A stretch of 64,000 bases of DNA from an uncultured virus (IMG/VR IMGVR_UViG_3300027770_000036) (IMGVR_UViG_3300027770_000036); one strand, 5' to 3'; numbered from the stretch's first letter, positions 48,545 through 58,473 are shown. The notes: generated by a model not told the origin, from the letters alone. A program made the numbers and translations.

Positions 48545-50362
48545 TTAAAGAGGAAATATCCTTGGCTTCCCTTTAGGGGTCGGCGTAGGCGTAGGGCTAG
48601 GTGTTGGCGTAGGGCTAGGTGTTGGCGTAGGCGTAGGAGACGGCTTAGGTTTCCTGTTATACCATAGGTCCTCATTCTTCGATGGGAAGTTTATGATGTT
48701 TCCACTAAAAGGGCTAGGACTAGGGCGGGGTTTAGGGGCAGGCTCGGGCTCGGGCTTGGGCTTGGGCTTGGGTTTACTCTCCGGTTCTTTAGTCTCTTTC
48801 TTGGATTTCCTAGCGGCTAACTCATCTTCTCTTTCCCATTTAGCGTCCCTATCATCTAGTACTCGGTTTCTATCTCTGATGTCCTTGGCCCTAGCTTCCG
48901 CCTTAGCTTCCGCCGCCGCATCGGCCTTTGCTCTATCCTCGTCGTATTTTTTATATGGGCTTTCTTTAGGTTCTTTAGGTTTTTTTCTATTAAGGCGGAA
49001 TGGGTTTATACCCCCAGAGCCGTAAGCGCCTTCCTTCTCCCCGCCGAGGGGGTTTATATGTCGTGTGGGCACACCGTATCTAGAGTTTTCCATTTCAATC
49101 ATCTGCTGAACGTCTGCTGCGTCAACTTGGCCCATACCGCTCTCTAGTCTTTTTCTTAGTAGAGGGCGCATGATGGCCGTGTTAATAGTCGATTCAGGCA
49201 TAACCTTACTGATTTCATTAAAATGAAAGGCAACATCTTCCGGGTGATGAGAAGATATTCTTTCATCATTAGCAAGTAAGTCTGCAAAGGCTGCGCTAGC
49301 CCTTATATTCTTTAGTGCCATCTCTTGCATTCTTTGGTCGGCTAAAAACTTCCAGTCAGCAGATTCATTATTCGAATCGGAGTCTCTATTATGCTCCCCT
49401 ATAGCGCCCACGGTTGCACTAATAGGCTTACTTACAACGTCCCACATTCCAGGCTTACCAGCTAGTTTATCCATACCGTCTAATACCGACCCAGTGTTAT
49501 CTTCTGGAAGGGAATTATTAAACCCTAGCTGTAACGCCTGTTTAGATAAGCCTTTAAGGTAGTTAGATGATGCCTGCTTATTTAAATGAAGCTGGGCTAG
49601 CTCTATGCAGGATTTAATTGATTTATATGGCTCATCATTAACTTCAACTGGAGCCATTAGGTCATCAACAGTTCCAGCTTGCTTATTAAGATGTCTATTT
49701 GAAGACAAGACGATGCCAAGAAGAGCAGACGCCTGCTTTCCAAAAAGTCTTTCACTATTGTCTTTTACTACTAAGAATGGCTTGCTTCCGTAGGTCCTAA
49801 AGTAATTAGCAAGCTTAGCTATGCCATAGGTAACTTCATCCTTGGTGGCAGCTGAATCCATTCTAAGCTTATCAGATTCACTACCTATCTTCTCTATTAG
49901 GGAAGATAGGGTTCTGGTGGAGCCTAGAGTGTCATGCTCTGCCCTATAGTTAGGTAAAGAGGACGCTAGCTTAGTAAGCGGAGTAAGGGGAGCCAACTTT
50001 ACTGGCTCTACTTTATTAAATGGCCTGGAATACGCGCCTGATACATGGGTGTCTTTTGAGAGCACAGATGCAGACTTAACTATAGAGGGGTACATGATGT
50101 CCATTACGGATTTAACGTCGGCTAGGTCAAAGTCCGCTAGCTTTTCATGGGCCTCATCCCCAGCGTGCCTTTGAGCTTCGCTTCTTCCTACATTGAAGGC
50201 CCTAACCATCAGCTCTATATGCCCTACGGGAATGCCGTGAGCAGATGCTGTTTTGGCTATGGCTTCATTAGGTGACGTACCAGAGTTTACAAGCTCTGAC
50301 ACCTCGCCCAACGAGTCAGTGATTTTGTTTTCCGCTTCTTTATTAAGCCTAGATGTTGCCAT
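48545..50362 (-). CDS. Putative internal head protein, K-x-A-rich, Pro-rich tail
   Basis: 605 aa; about 12 K-x-A motifs; PKPKPEPEP and PTPSPTPTP repeats. Confidence 0.6.
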   Translation of the reverse strand: MATSRLNKEAENKITDSLGEVSELVNSGTSPNEAIAKTASAHGIPVGHIELMVRAFNVGRSEAQRHAGDEAHEKLADFDLADVKSVMDIMYPSIVKSASVLSKDTHVSGAYSRPFNKVEPVKLAPLTPLTKLASSLPNYRAEHDTLGSTRTLSSLIEKIGSESDKLRMDSAATKDEVTYGIAKLANYFRTYGSKPFLVVKDNSERLFGKQASALLGIVLSSNRHLNKQAGTVDDLMAPVEVNDEPYKSIKSCIELAQLHLNKQASSNYLKGLSKQALQLGFNNSLPEDNTGSVLDGMDKLAGKPGMWDVVSKPISATVGAIGEHNRDSDSNNESADWKFLADQRMQEMALKNIRASAAFADLLANDERISSHHPEDVAFHFNEISKVMPESTINTAIMRPLLRKRLESGMGQVDAADVQQMIEMENSRYGVPTRHINPLGGEKEGAYGSGGINPFRLNRKKPKEPKESPYKKYDEDRAKADAAAEAKAEARAKDIRDRNRVLDDRDAKWEREDELAARKSKKETKEPESKPKPKPKPEPEPAPKPRPSPSPFSGNIINFPSKNEDLWYNRKPKPSPTPTPTPSPTPTPSPTPTPTPKGKPRIFPL

Positions 50363-51287
50363 CGGCCTTGGCCTCCGGTAGTTTGATTCCTACTAAATTT
50401 ACCAAAACCTCTTCGTTACCATTAGCTATTAGGGCTGCTTCACTAGCCCTGGGCTCCGCGGCGTTTGTATCATCAGACATCCAGCTAAGCTCTTTGTTTT
50501 CTTTAATCTGAGAGCCGGTACTAATAACTGATGATATAGCGCTCATGAAACTCCCTAACAAGTTGGGGTTAGAGGATTCAGAGCTTGCCGCAGTAGTATT
50601 CAGGCCAAGCTCCTTATTCTTCTGATGCAGCTGCAATAGCTGCACCTGGTTCCAACTATTCACAGCAACGATTCTAGAACTATGCAGAGTTTTTCTCAAC
50701 ATATTTACGTCTATTTCTTTATCGGCCCACTCCATAGCCTCTTGGCTATTAGTATGGTGCACCAGCCAGTTAAGCTTTTCTGAACCATAGAAGTATCCAC
50801 AGAATTTCCAGATAGCATCAAAGTCTCTCTCGCCTGCGCCGTAGAATACTACCTTGCCTATAGCGTGGTGGACTATCCATGATACATTATCTATTCTATC
50901 AAGCACGTTGAAAAACAGACTCTCATACCACTTTATACATTTAGGAGTAAGACACATATGGCTAGCTATAGTATTAATGTCTTCTCTAGCAAGTATTCTA
51001 GCCTCTAATTCCCATTTTGTAAGTTTAGCGTCGCTCTGTGAATATATAGCATGGGCGTCGGATATGGCCTCATTTAAGATATGCTTGTTATAATACTCCC
51101 AAGAGTTATCAACACTATCAATCATGTAGGCGAACTTATACGATGCCTGAACGAACTTGTCGTCTGAGAACCTGTCTGGAACTCGTTTAGCTTCTACCAT
51201 TGCCAAAGCCTTACGCCATCTCCAGTCCGCAGGGCGGAGAGGGCTAGACTTTCTGTAGTTGGCAAGTTCGGCTGTGGAGGTGTCCAT
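50349..51287 (-). CDS. Hypothetical protein with possible HTH
   Basis: Start at ATG 51287 (TAATG overlap); DINTIASHMCLTPKCIKWYE resembles a helix-turn-helix. Confidence 0.6.
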   Translation of the reverse strand: MDTSTAELANYRKSSPLRPADWRWRKALAMVEAKRVPDRFSDDKFVQASYKFAYMIDSVDNSWEYYNKHILNEAISDAHAIYSQSDAKLTKWELEARILAREDINTIASHMCLTPKCIKWYESLFFNVLDRIDNVSWIVHHAIGKVVFYGAGERDFDAIWKFCGYFYGSEKLNWLVHHTNSQEAMEWADKEIDVNMLRKTLHSSRIVAVNSWNQVQLLQLHQKNKELGLNTTAASSESSNPNLLGSFMSAISSVISTGSQIKENKELSWMSDDTNAAEPRASEAALIANGNEEVLVNLVGIKLPEAKADGNI

Positions 51288-51718
51288 TATCCTATGTCGC
51301 TCCAGCCTGTTAGTGCTACGTCCCAAGTTGCAGCTCCAGAGCCCTCTGGAGTTAACTTTATATAGATACGGCGTTTACGATCGGAAAGAGGGCCGTCATA
51401 ATTCTTGTAAGCTCTGCCCAGCTCGTCACTAATGGTCAAGTACTCTCCAGAAGTACCGCTGGCAGTAGGGAATACTCTATACAGCTCTGGATCAGATGAG
51501 TAGTCTCCTTCTGGGTTGGCTCCTCCCGATGAAGAAGCCCCTAGAAAAGCCTTTTTTGAGTTATAGACATCTACGGTAAAGTTAACAAGTTGGTCATCGC
51601 CTACTTGCTTTATAATTATTTTCTTAATAAATCCTTCCGAGAAGAACCCTAGCTCTAGCTCGGAGCTTTGGCCCTTAGGGGCTTGGATACTTCTATAGTG
51701 TTTTTCGTATATACGCAT
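51287..51718 (-). CDS. Hypothetical beta-rich protein
   Basis: 143 aa; AGGAG RBS. Confidence 0.65.
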   Translation of the reverse strand: MRIYEKHYRSIQAPKGQSSELELGFFSEGFIKKIIIKQVGDDQLVNFTVDVYNSKKAFLGASSSGGANPEGDYSSDPELYRVFPTASGTSGEYLTISDELGRAYKNYDGPLSDRKRRIYIKLTPEGSGAATWDVALTGWSDIG

Positions 51719-51731
51719 TGGTCACTCCTGG

Positions 51732-54503
51732 TTACGCATCGCCTTCTAAGCTTACACCCTCATCAGGATAAGCATTAATAGTCTTCTGCTTAAGGAAAAG
51801 TAGTAGGTCGCCTAGTTGCTCAAAGGAGTCCCTAAGACCATCTTCTAGTTCTGGAAGGTCCTTCTTACCATACCTGTCCTCAAACTTGTCTTTATGCCAG
51901 TAGAAACTAAACAGTATTCTTCCAAGTTTATCAAGACCTTTCATAAGGTCTCCAAGGTGAGAGTCCACCATGCTGTCATCTCTAACTGACTTTACCAAAG
52001 AACCAATCATAGAGGTATCAAATACATCTTTCTGCCCAGTAGAGGCGGCGTTGTATCCGACAGCCATTGTTTTAGGGTCAGGAAGTCTTGGATCATATAA
52101 TGCATTGTTACCCTGAATAGAAGGGTTAAACGCAGGAACAGTTTGCTCGGAAGGGTACGTTGAATTAACGCTTCCCATAAGAGTCTGCTCCATTCCAGTA
52201 GGGGCTGATGGAAAAGATGGAGAGGCTGGGCCGCCCATCATGGTCTGATCTATATTATCGCCTGGAGCTGCCGACTTAATAAGGTCTCCAGCGTTATCAG
52301 CCTTGTAGAGTCTGTAGTCTACTACTTTTTTATGAGCAGCTTCTTTTAGAATAGCTCTAGCGTGACTCTCTCCCATAGATACATCTCTAACTAAATGGAT
52401 AAGCGCATCTTCAGGATTAAACCTACGCCCATTAACCATGACTTCAGAGCCAGAGTGTCGGACATTAAGGCTAGCTGTCTTTTGATAGATAGCGTGCTGA
52501 AGGTCAGTGAGACTTCCTGGAGTGATAGCTCCGTCATTGTTATCAGAATCAGACAGCTTAAGTATCTTGAAGTTACCTGGAATATACAGGTCACCTCTAA
52601 TACCTTTAATGCGAACTCCAGGCTTGCTGGTAACATACATAAGACTTCCGCCGCCAGGAATCTTAGTACTATGCATATCGAAATCGCTGTAAGAACCTCT
52701 ATGCTTAACATCAGGAAGGTAAGATGGCCTAGAACAGCAGGCCCAGTCCTTATAGTTAACCCTATAAGTCTTAGTGCCGTCAGCCTCTCCTACTTCTTTG
52801 AGTACCGTAAATGGCACGGATGAGTCTCCGTTTTCACTGACAGCCATATAGGTGTTTCCAGATTTTAACTTGGAAATAGGGTCCATTGCTTCAAACACAT
52901 CTCTAAAGTTTTTGGACTTTAAACTGTATGGTGAATCCTGACTTCCGTCCTTGGGGTCCCTAATGAATAGGTTACCTGGATGAGAGTTGATCCAGTTATG
53001 ATCACTGTTATCTAGCCCTACAACTGTAGCAAACTCTTGTCGACCTTTAGGGCCGTGAGGGGCCATAAATACGGCAACTCTTCGCATTGCAAAAGGAGAG
53101 ATAAGAAGGTCATACACGCCTGGGTTAGAGGGGTTCTCTAAACTTGTAGGCTGTTGAACTTTATAAGGTATGGCTAACTCGTCTGCAGACCTTGCATCAT
53201 TGAATATGACGCCGTCTGTAATTAATTTCTTTTTTTCTTCTTCGCTAGCCCCCATAACTCCGTCAGAGGAGGAGCCGAAGCTCTTTATAACAATACTAAG
53301 AGCACTCTTATAGTGAGTAGCTACCTTTACTGGGCCGTCAAGTACTCCAGGAGTCTTTAGGTTCTTATAGGTTTCTACTGCTTCTTTAAGAAAGTTACTG
53401 CCGTATACCTTTTCGACTGCTTCTGCAATCTTAGGAAACTTCTGGCAGGTGTTTAATAAAGAGGTAACAAGTTGCTTGTAGGACTCTTTACCTCTAGACG
53501 CTTCCTTTTTAAGGAATGTCTTTAAGGTAAGCCTGTTCTTGTACTTAGGATCAAACTCTGGATTAGTGCAGGCATACTTAGCTAGCTGCCTAATACCATC
53601 TAGCATTTCTTTTCTATCAGCTGATCCAGCCTTGTAGCCGCCGGGAACGCCCATGCTTGCTCCGCTGTTTCCAGGGAATTGTTGTGGCACTGGAGTAGGT
53701 CTAGGAGCTGAACGGCTGAATCCTTGGGAGCCTGCGCCACCTTGTCCGCCGTTATAGACAGGGCCAGTCAATGAGCGATCTCTAGGACCTTGAGTTCCTG
53801 TACCACCTTGCCCGCCATTATAACCTGCAGTCGTACTTCTTGTAGGATCCTTTGGCGGCTTATTGTACTCGAGCCCAGTACCTCCGTGGCCACCATTCCA
53901 GCCCGCTACGGTAGCGGCGGGGTCTGGCTTAAAGCGTGTAGGAGTAGGCTGATTAGAAGAGTAGTTATTATCTGCCGTATTAGGCTTATTACCTTCTGAA
54001 GTATTATAAGTAGGGAAAGCCTGCTTGGTAGAAGCAAACTTAGTAGGAGGGCGGGTGAAGGCCTGAAGGTCAGGAGCTAGAAATCCTAACCTAGCCATAT
54101 TCTGATCGGTCTTCTTTCCTAGGCTAGCTGGCTTTCTTCTGAGAATATAATTTAACCAGTTCTCCTTAAGGGGAACAAACTGATCTTGGTCTTTCAAGAA
54201 CAATAACTCATGCCCTTTTAGATCACCGTTAATAAAGAATACTGGTGCGTAGAGCCATTGAGGGCCTACCTTGAATCCGAATACACCAACAGCTTTGGTG
54301 TTATCTTCATTACGTTCCATAAGCTCAAAGCCCACTTCATAGTCCAGAAGACCAGGGGCTTTATCTTTTAGGTAAGCATGAGCAAGATTGCTAAATGCTT
54401 GCTCAAACTGGGTATCATTACCTGGATCTCCCTCGGCTGTCTTTTCGACAAAGCCGTTAATAGGAGGAAGTTCAACAAAGAAGTTCTTAATATCTTTACT
54501 CAT
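51732..54503 (-). CDS. Large putative head-associated protein with K-x-A sites and disordered inserts
   Basis: 923 aa; EKTA, KFASTKQA, KEAS, KTAS and KSAA; (Y/W)NGG(Q/H)GG repeats. Confidence 0.65.
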   Translation of the reverse strand: MSKDIKNFFVELPPINGFVEKTAEGDPGNDTQFEQAFSNLAHAYLKDKAPGLLDYEVGFELMERNEDNTKAVGVFGFKVGPQWLYAPVFFINGDLKGHELLFLKDQDQFVPLKENWLNYILRRKPASLGKKTDQNMARLGFLAPDLQAFTRPPTKFASTKQAFPTYNTSEGNKPNTADNNYSSNQPTPTRFKPDPAATVAGWNGGHGGTGLEYNKPPKDPTRSTTAGYNGGQGGTGTQGPRDRSLTGPVYNGGQGGAGSQGFSRSAPRPTPVPQQFPGNSGASMGVPGGYKAGSADRKEMLDGIRQLAKYACTNPEFDPKYKNRLTLKTFLKKEASRGKESYKQLVTSLLNTCQKFPKIAEAVEKVYGSNFLKEAVETYKNLKTPGVLDGPVKVATHYKSALSIVIKSFGSSSDGVMGASEEEKKKLITDGVIFNDARSADELAIPYKVQQPTSLENPSNPGVYDLLISPFAMRRVAVFMAPHGPKGRQEFATVVGLDNSDHNWINSHPGNLFIRDPKDGSQDSPYSLKSKNFRDVFEAMDPISKLKSGNTYMAVSENGDSSVPFTVLKEVGEADGTKTYRVNYKDWACCSRPSYLPDVKHRGSYSDFDMHSTKIPGGGSLMYVTSKPGVRIKGIRGDLYIPGNFKILKLSDSDNNDGAITPGSLTDLQHAIYQKTASLNVRHSGSEVMVNGRRFNPEDALIHLVRDVSMGESHARAILKEAAHKKVVDYRLYKADNAGDLIKSAAPGDNIDQTMMGGPASPSFPSAPTGMEQTLMGSVNSTYPSEQTVPAFNPSIQGNNALYDPRLPDPKTMAVGYNAASTGQKDVFDTSMIGSLVKSVRDDSMVDSHLGDLMKGLDKLGRILFSFYWHKDKFEDRYGKKDLPELEDGLRDSFEQLGDLLLFLKQKTINAYPDEGVSLEGDA

Positions 54504-54543
54504 GTTCTTAACCTTCTGTGGCGTAGAAAATGTTCATAGAGCT

Positions 54544-54572
54544 ATTATGCCCTTTATTCCGCATCTCTGCAA
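54544..54572 (-). promoter_or_regulatory. Candidate promoter TTGCAG-N17-CATAAT
   Basis: Intergenic, exact 17-nt spacer, ~40 nt upstream of the 54503 start. Confidence 0.5.
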
Positions 54573-54587
54573 TGATTACACAAAACT

Positions 54588-55001
54588 TTAATGTCTAATA
54601 TATGTTTCTTTTACATTAATAAGGCTTCTAGCCGCTACCCCGCTCTTAATAAAGTTAAAGAAGTTTATTAGGTTTCTAACTTCAGCCATCTTATCATTAC
54701 TGTTAATGGAAGCAGAAGTGGAGACGTCTCCACTAACTGGAGGGGCCGCCATAGGGGATGGTATAGCGTCCCTTGGCTGAATAGAGGAAGCCGACTGCTG
54801 ATTTGTAACTGGAGGAGGTTTTATATTAGGAGCAGTGTCTACCGCCTTAACCGCGACTTCAGCTGGAGGCTTACCTTTAGAGGCAGAGGATAGGTCCATA
54901 GGCTTTAAAGCCTTCTGCTCTACTTTAGATTCTGAGCCTTCTAGCTTAAGGTTTTTTTCTGCCTTCTTCCAGTTGGCCCATTTATTAAGAAACGCACTCA
55001 T
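54588..55001 (-). CDS. Low-complexity hypothetical protein
   Basis: 137 aa; TAATG-coupled to the beta' C-terminal gene; contains an 18-bp perfect palindrome site. Confidence 0.6.
   Translation of the reverse strand: MSAFLNKWANWKKAEKNLKLEGSESKVEQKALKPMDLSSASKGKPPAEVAVKAVDTAPNIKPPPVTNQQSASSIQPRDAIPSPMAAPPVSGDVSTSASINSNDKMAEVRNLINFFNFIKSGVAARSLINVKETYIRH
54719..54732. repeat. Dispersed palindrome (perfect, extends to 18 bp)
   Basis: AGTGGAGACGTCTCCACT. Confidence 0.9.
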
Positions 55002-56908
55002 TACAGTACCCCTTTACTATCTAGCTGTGGGCCTATTTCGTTTATGTCGTAGCCTCTTACGGCCCCTTTTCGACCGAAGTCTACAGCCTTTGCAAGAGAA
55101 GGTACATATGAAGTTCCCTTCTCATCACTTATAGCCCCACTGTGTACGGCTTTTAGAGTGGACTTCTTTAGATTACTTCCTAGCATCCTAGTCATCCAGT
55201 CAGGGTCATGCTGAAGATTCTCCAAGCCCCTAACAAAGTGAGGAGCAAATGGAGGAGGATTTTTATGTATTGTCACATCCTTAATGCCAAACTTATCAAG
55301 ATTACTTGCAACAGAGGCTTTTATAGGAGTGCCTATAGTGTAGTGAAGAACGGGCCTTTCTAAGTAAGACCCTATAGCCTGTGAGGGTTTAACTACCCTA
55401 GAGTCATCTCTAGGCTCCCAATCGTGCTCTACAGAATCATAAGGAACCACTTCGTCTGGAGAGAACTGCTTATACTCGTCACTCATCATTACATGGTTTA
55501 TAAGGCCCTTTGACATGACCTCTACGTTGCGCCTATGTCCGCTCATACCCGCGTCCTTCATAGCGTTCTTAAAGGATGATACAAATTGCCTTCGGCCTTC
55601 GCCTATACCTTTATGCTTAGTAAACTGAGCAGGGTTAGGTATGCCTGATGATAAGACGTCTCCGGCTTCTACCATGTCACCTATCTTTACAGTAGGAGTA
55701 GCTCCTGGGGCTATGTAATGATCTATGCCGTTAATATTTAAGAACACACCGCCCGTAGGCGCAGGCTTAATACCAGCTACTCTTCCGTCATTATCAGCGT
55801 GCCTAGCCCAGAACGGAGACTGCTTAGGGGCCTGAACTAATTGATTTAGGTGCTTAAACCCGGAGACTCCACCAGAGGCTCCAGCTACACCGCCAGTGTG
55901 CTTGGAGTTAAGCTGCCCTTGGGATATAGGCTCAGATAGGGCCTGCATAGCGGCAATACCTACTGAGTCCCCGAAAGGCGACATCCCTGATCTTTCTCTC
56001 ATTCCCAGATCCTTGGAATACAAACCTCCGTTAGGACCACCAGAGGCAATAGGGCTTCTTACTACAATATCGTCGATGCCTTTTGCTTTGAGATCTTTTA
56101 GAACTCTAGGAGTTAATAAGGTGTTCCTTTTATAGCCTCCAGCTGGCATAGATAATAAAGCGCCTTCGTTATCACTGTCTTCAGTACTTACTGGCATACC
56201 TCTGTTCTCTAATGACGTAGGATCTTCTGCGTCTTCTCCTGTTACTATCATTCTATGGCCGATCTGATTAAGCTGCTTTGAAAAGAAGCCAGCGTCCATA
56301 GTAGCAAACTTATTATCAGTAACTCCCTTTCTAGCTCCAAAGCTTCCAGCGAAGTATTCAGCAGGGCTTAGCCCTTTTGCGTAAGAGTTAAATACAGGAA
56401 TAGGTATAGCGTTATCGTGATGATCAGTATAAAGCATGTCACCGCCGAGTAAGCTCTTTAGATTAATAGGCTTACCTCTAGACCCGGACTGGACTTGCCT
56501 AGCTAACTGATTACCTGTTTGTTTGGCTTCTTCGAATATGCCCTTCTCTATGTCTGCCTGAGATGAGTTTAGTAGGCTAGATACTTCTTTGTTTTTATCT
56601 TTATCGTCTCTATTTGGGTTAGACATTATTTTAGCTATCTGCATCTTTAGCTTATCTTTAGCTCCAGCGTAGAACTTAGACTCCCTCATGTCCTTAAGGC
56701 CAAACGAGAATCCACCGCTGCTGTAGGATACTGCTCTGCCTACGTCTAGCAGTTTCTTGGCTACTTCTCTGTACTTATCTGGGTGATTTTCTGCGACAGA
56801 CTGCATAAGCTGTTGTGTAGCTTTGCTGTCTAGAACTCTAGAGTAGTCTCTAAGCCCTTCAGGTAGAGCGTCGTTGACCATGATCTGTCCTATCGTGGTC
56901 TTTAACAA
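55001..56908 (-). CDS. RNA polymerase beta' subunit, C-terminal part (bridge helix and trigger loop)
   Basis: TTIGQ..VN..LP, SGSRG, GLSPAEYF..SFGARKG..D....T.DAGFF (bridge helix), QALSEPISQ...KHTGG (trigger loop) and RRNVEV. Confidence 0.92.
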   Translation of the reverse strand: MLKTTIGQIMVNDALPEGLRDYSRVLDSKATQQLMQSVAENHPDKYREVAKKLLDVGRAVSYSSGGFSFGLKDMRESKFYAGAKDKLKMQIAKIMSNPNRDDKDKNKEVSSLLNSSQADIEKGIFEEAKQTGNQLARQVQSGSRGKPINLKSLLGGDMLYTDHHDNAIPIPVFNSYAKGLSPAEYFAGSFGARKGVTDNKFATMDAGFFSKQLNQIGHRMIVTGEDAEDPTSLENRGMPVSTEDSDNEGALLSMPAGGYKRNTLLTPRVLKDLKAKGIDDIVVRSPIASGGPNGGLYSKDLGMRERSGMSPFGDSVGIAAMQALSEPISQGQLNSKHTGGVAGASGGVSGFKHLNQLVQAPKQSPFWARHADNDGRVAGIKPAPTGGVFLNINGIDHYIAPGATPTVKIGDMVEAGDVLSSGIPNPAQFTKHKGIGEGRRQFVSSFKNAMKDAGMSGHRRNVEVMSKGLINHVMMSDEYKQFSPDEVVPYDSVEHDWEPRDDSRVVKPSQAIGSYLERPVLHYTIGTPIKASVASNLDKFGIKDVTIHKNPPPFAPHFVRGLENLQHDPDWMTRMLGSNLKKSTLKAVHSGAISDEKGTSYVPSLAKAVDFGRKGAVRGYDINEIGPQLDSKGVL

Positions 56909-56911
56909 AGC

Positions 56912-57130
56912 CTACCCTCCTAAGTTTATCTTCCTAATATTAGACGGCTTTATACCGTAGTCTTCCAGCATCTTTATGAAGTTAGCGTCACCTGCTGCAT
57001 AGTAGGTTGTTATGTTCTTCTCGTTCTCAACAAACAAGGCCAGAGGATTATTAAAGTTGTCACATACTAGAAGCCTTGTGGCTTTTACTTCAGCCTTGTC
57101 CCTAAATGAGTCATGGAAGTCTAGGATCAT
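56912..57130 (-). CDS. Small hypothetical protein
   Basis: 72 aa, tightly packed between its neighbours. Confidence 0.6.
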   Translation of the reverse strand: MILDFHDSFRDKAEVKATRLLVCDNFNNPLALFVENEKNITTYYAAGDANFIKMLEDYGIKPSNIRKINLGG

Positions 57131-57822
57131 TTCTTCATCTTTCTGAGCAGGTACATAATACCGGCAGCCTTTTCAGCTGTAGGTACATGGCGCATACCAG
57201 CTGTCTTAGCCGGAGGTGCTGCTGGAGCATCTTTTCCTGCCGCCTGATCATCAGGTTGTTTTGGTACATCATCTAGGATGTCGCCAGGAAGATTGAGCCC
57301 TAATGAGGAATACAGGTGAGTTAACAGCTTTTGAATGCGGTGCATATACAGCTCAGCATTACCGCCGTCATTCTTCTTAGCTGTGCCCTTACCGCCCTTA
57401 GCAGCAGACAAGGCTTTTGCCAGCTCTTCTTGAATTACAGAGCGAAGTTGTGCTGAAGGGTCAGCTGGAGGAGCACCACCCATCATGGAAGGATCCATAG
57501 GAGGAGCACCGCCCATCATGGAAGGATCCATAGGAGGAGCACCACCTCCCGGAGGAGGAGCACCACCTCCCGGAGGAGGAGCACCACCCATCATGGAAGG
57601 GTCCATAGGAGGAGCACCACCCATCATGGAAGGGTCCATAGGAGGAGCGCCACCCATCATGGAAGGATCCATAGGAGGTCCACCTGGCGGAGGGGCACCT
57701 CCCATCATAGAAGGATCCATAGGAGGTCCACCTGGCGGAGGAGCGCCGCCGCCTTGAGGAGGCATGAATGCTTGTTTGATGCTCTGTCTAGCTGCTTGCA
57801 GAAGATACTTATTAACTGCCAT
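57127..57822 (-). CDS. Pro/Gly/Met-rich disordered protein
   Basis: 231 aa; KQA followed by GGAPPMDPSMM repeats. Confidence 0.75.
   Translation of the reverse strand: MAVNKYLLQAARQSIKQAFMPPQGGGAPPPGGPPMDPSMMGGAPPPGGPPMDPSMMGGAPPMDPSMMGGAPPMDPSMMGGAPPPGGGAPPPGGGAPPMDPSMMGGAPPMDPSMMGGAPPADPSAQLRSVIQEELAKALSAAKGGKGTAKKNDGGNAELYMHRIQKLLTHLYSSLGLNLPGDILDDVPKQPDDQAAGKDAPAAPPAKTAGMRHVPTAEKAAGIMYLLRKMKK
57466..57762. repeat. 33-bp-type tandem repeats encoding GGAPPMDPSMM (6 copies) with GGAPPP spacers
   Basis: Repeated ggaggagcaccacccatcatggaaggatccata. Confidence 0.9.
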
Positions 57823-57861
57823 GTAATCACCTTAGTTTTCAGGAAGACTGTTCATTTTTAA

Positions 57862-58437
57862 TTAGCGGTGATAGACCTTACCTGGTTCTTGATCTTCCTC
57901 TTTGCCGGTATAGTCATTAGTAAAGCTTTCCCAAGCCCCGGGTCTATGCTCACCGTACCCAGCCCAGTTCTCTGGGTTCATCTCATCTCCTTCTACTAAA
58001 GAGTACTCCTTCTTTGGAGCTCTTTTGAGCTTGTGCAACAAATTAGACAGCGTAGACTTAGCGTAGTTTACTGGAAGCGTGCCCCCTTCTTCACCCCAGT
58101 TGTTGTCTGGAGACAAGTAGGAAGCTCTATCCGCGCCCGTACGCCCCATTCCAAGCCTAATGGCGGCTTCATTAATACCACCACCAGCTAAAGCACCAAT
58201 ACCGCCGCCAGCTAAGGCTCCTCGACCTAATCGGCCTAGAGCACCTACGCCTTTCTTTCTTTTACCAAAGAGAGCATTGCCTACGCCGCCTACAGCAGCA
58301 CCAGCTCCTCCGGCTAAGAGAGCAGCTTGAACTGTGGGGTCCATGCTTTCTAGGAAGGCTTGCTTAACCCTAAGGCCATTTACATGACCTAAGTATGAAG
58401 CCAGTTTAACTGCGTCGCTGTTATCTATATTTCTCAT
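57862..58437 (-). CDS. KQA-preceded glycine-zipper protein
   Basis: RVKQA-FLESMDPTVQAALLAGGAGAAVGGVGNALFG...GALAGGGIGALAGGG. Confidence 0.7.
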   Translation of the reverse strand: MRNIDNSDAVKLASYLGHVNGLRVKQAFLESMDPTVQAALLAGGAGAAVGGVGNALFGKRKKGVGALGRLGRGALAGGGIGALAGGGINEAAIRLGMGRTGADRASYLSPDNNWGEEGGTLPVNYAKSTLSNLLHKLKRAPKKEYSLVEGDEMNPENWAGYGEHRPGAWESFTNDYTGKEEDQEPGKVYHR

Positions 58438-58473
58438 GCTTGCACCTTTTAATAAAAAGAAGTAACTGGTTGG

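Noticed and set aside
51732..54503. 923-aa protein as portal or terminase
   Set aside because: No Walker or nuclease motifs and no portal features that I can recognise; portal and terminase appear to lie outside the window.
25183..55663. Weaker palindrome-like matches: GGAGAGTCTCCA (~25183), TGGAGACAACTCCA (43271), AGATGTCTCCA (~41066) and AGACGTCTCC (~55654)
   Set aside because: Each has two or more mismatches or an indel, within what chance could give; not counted as sites.
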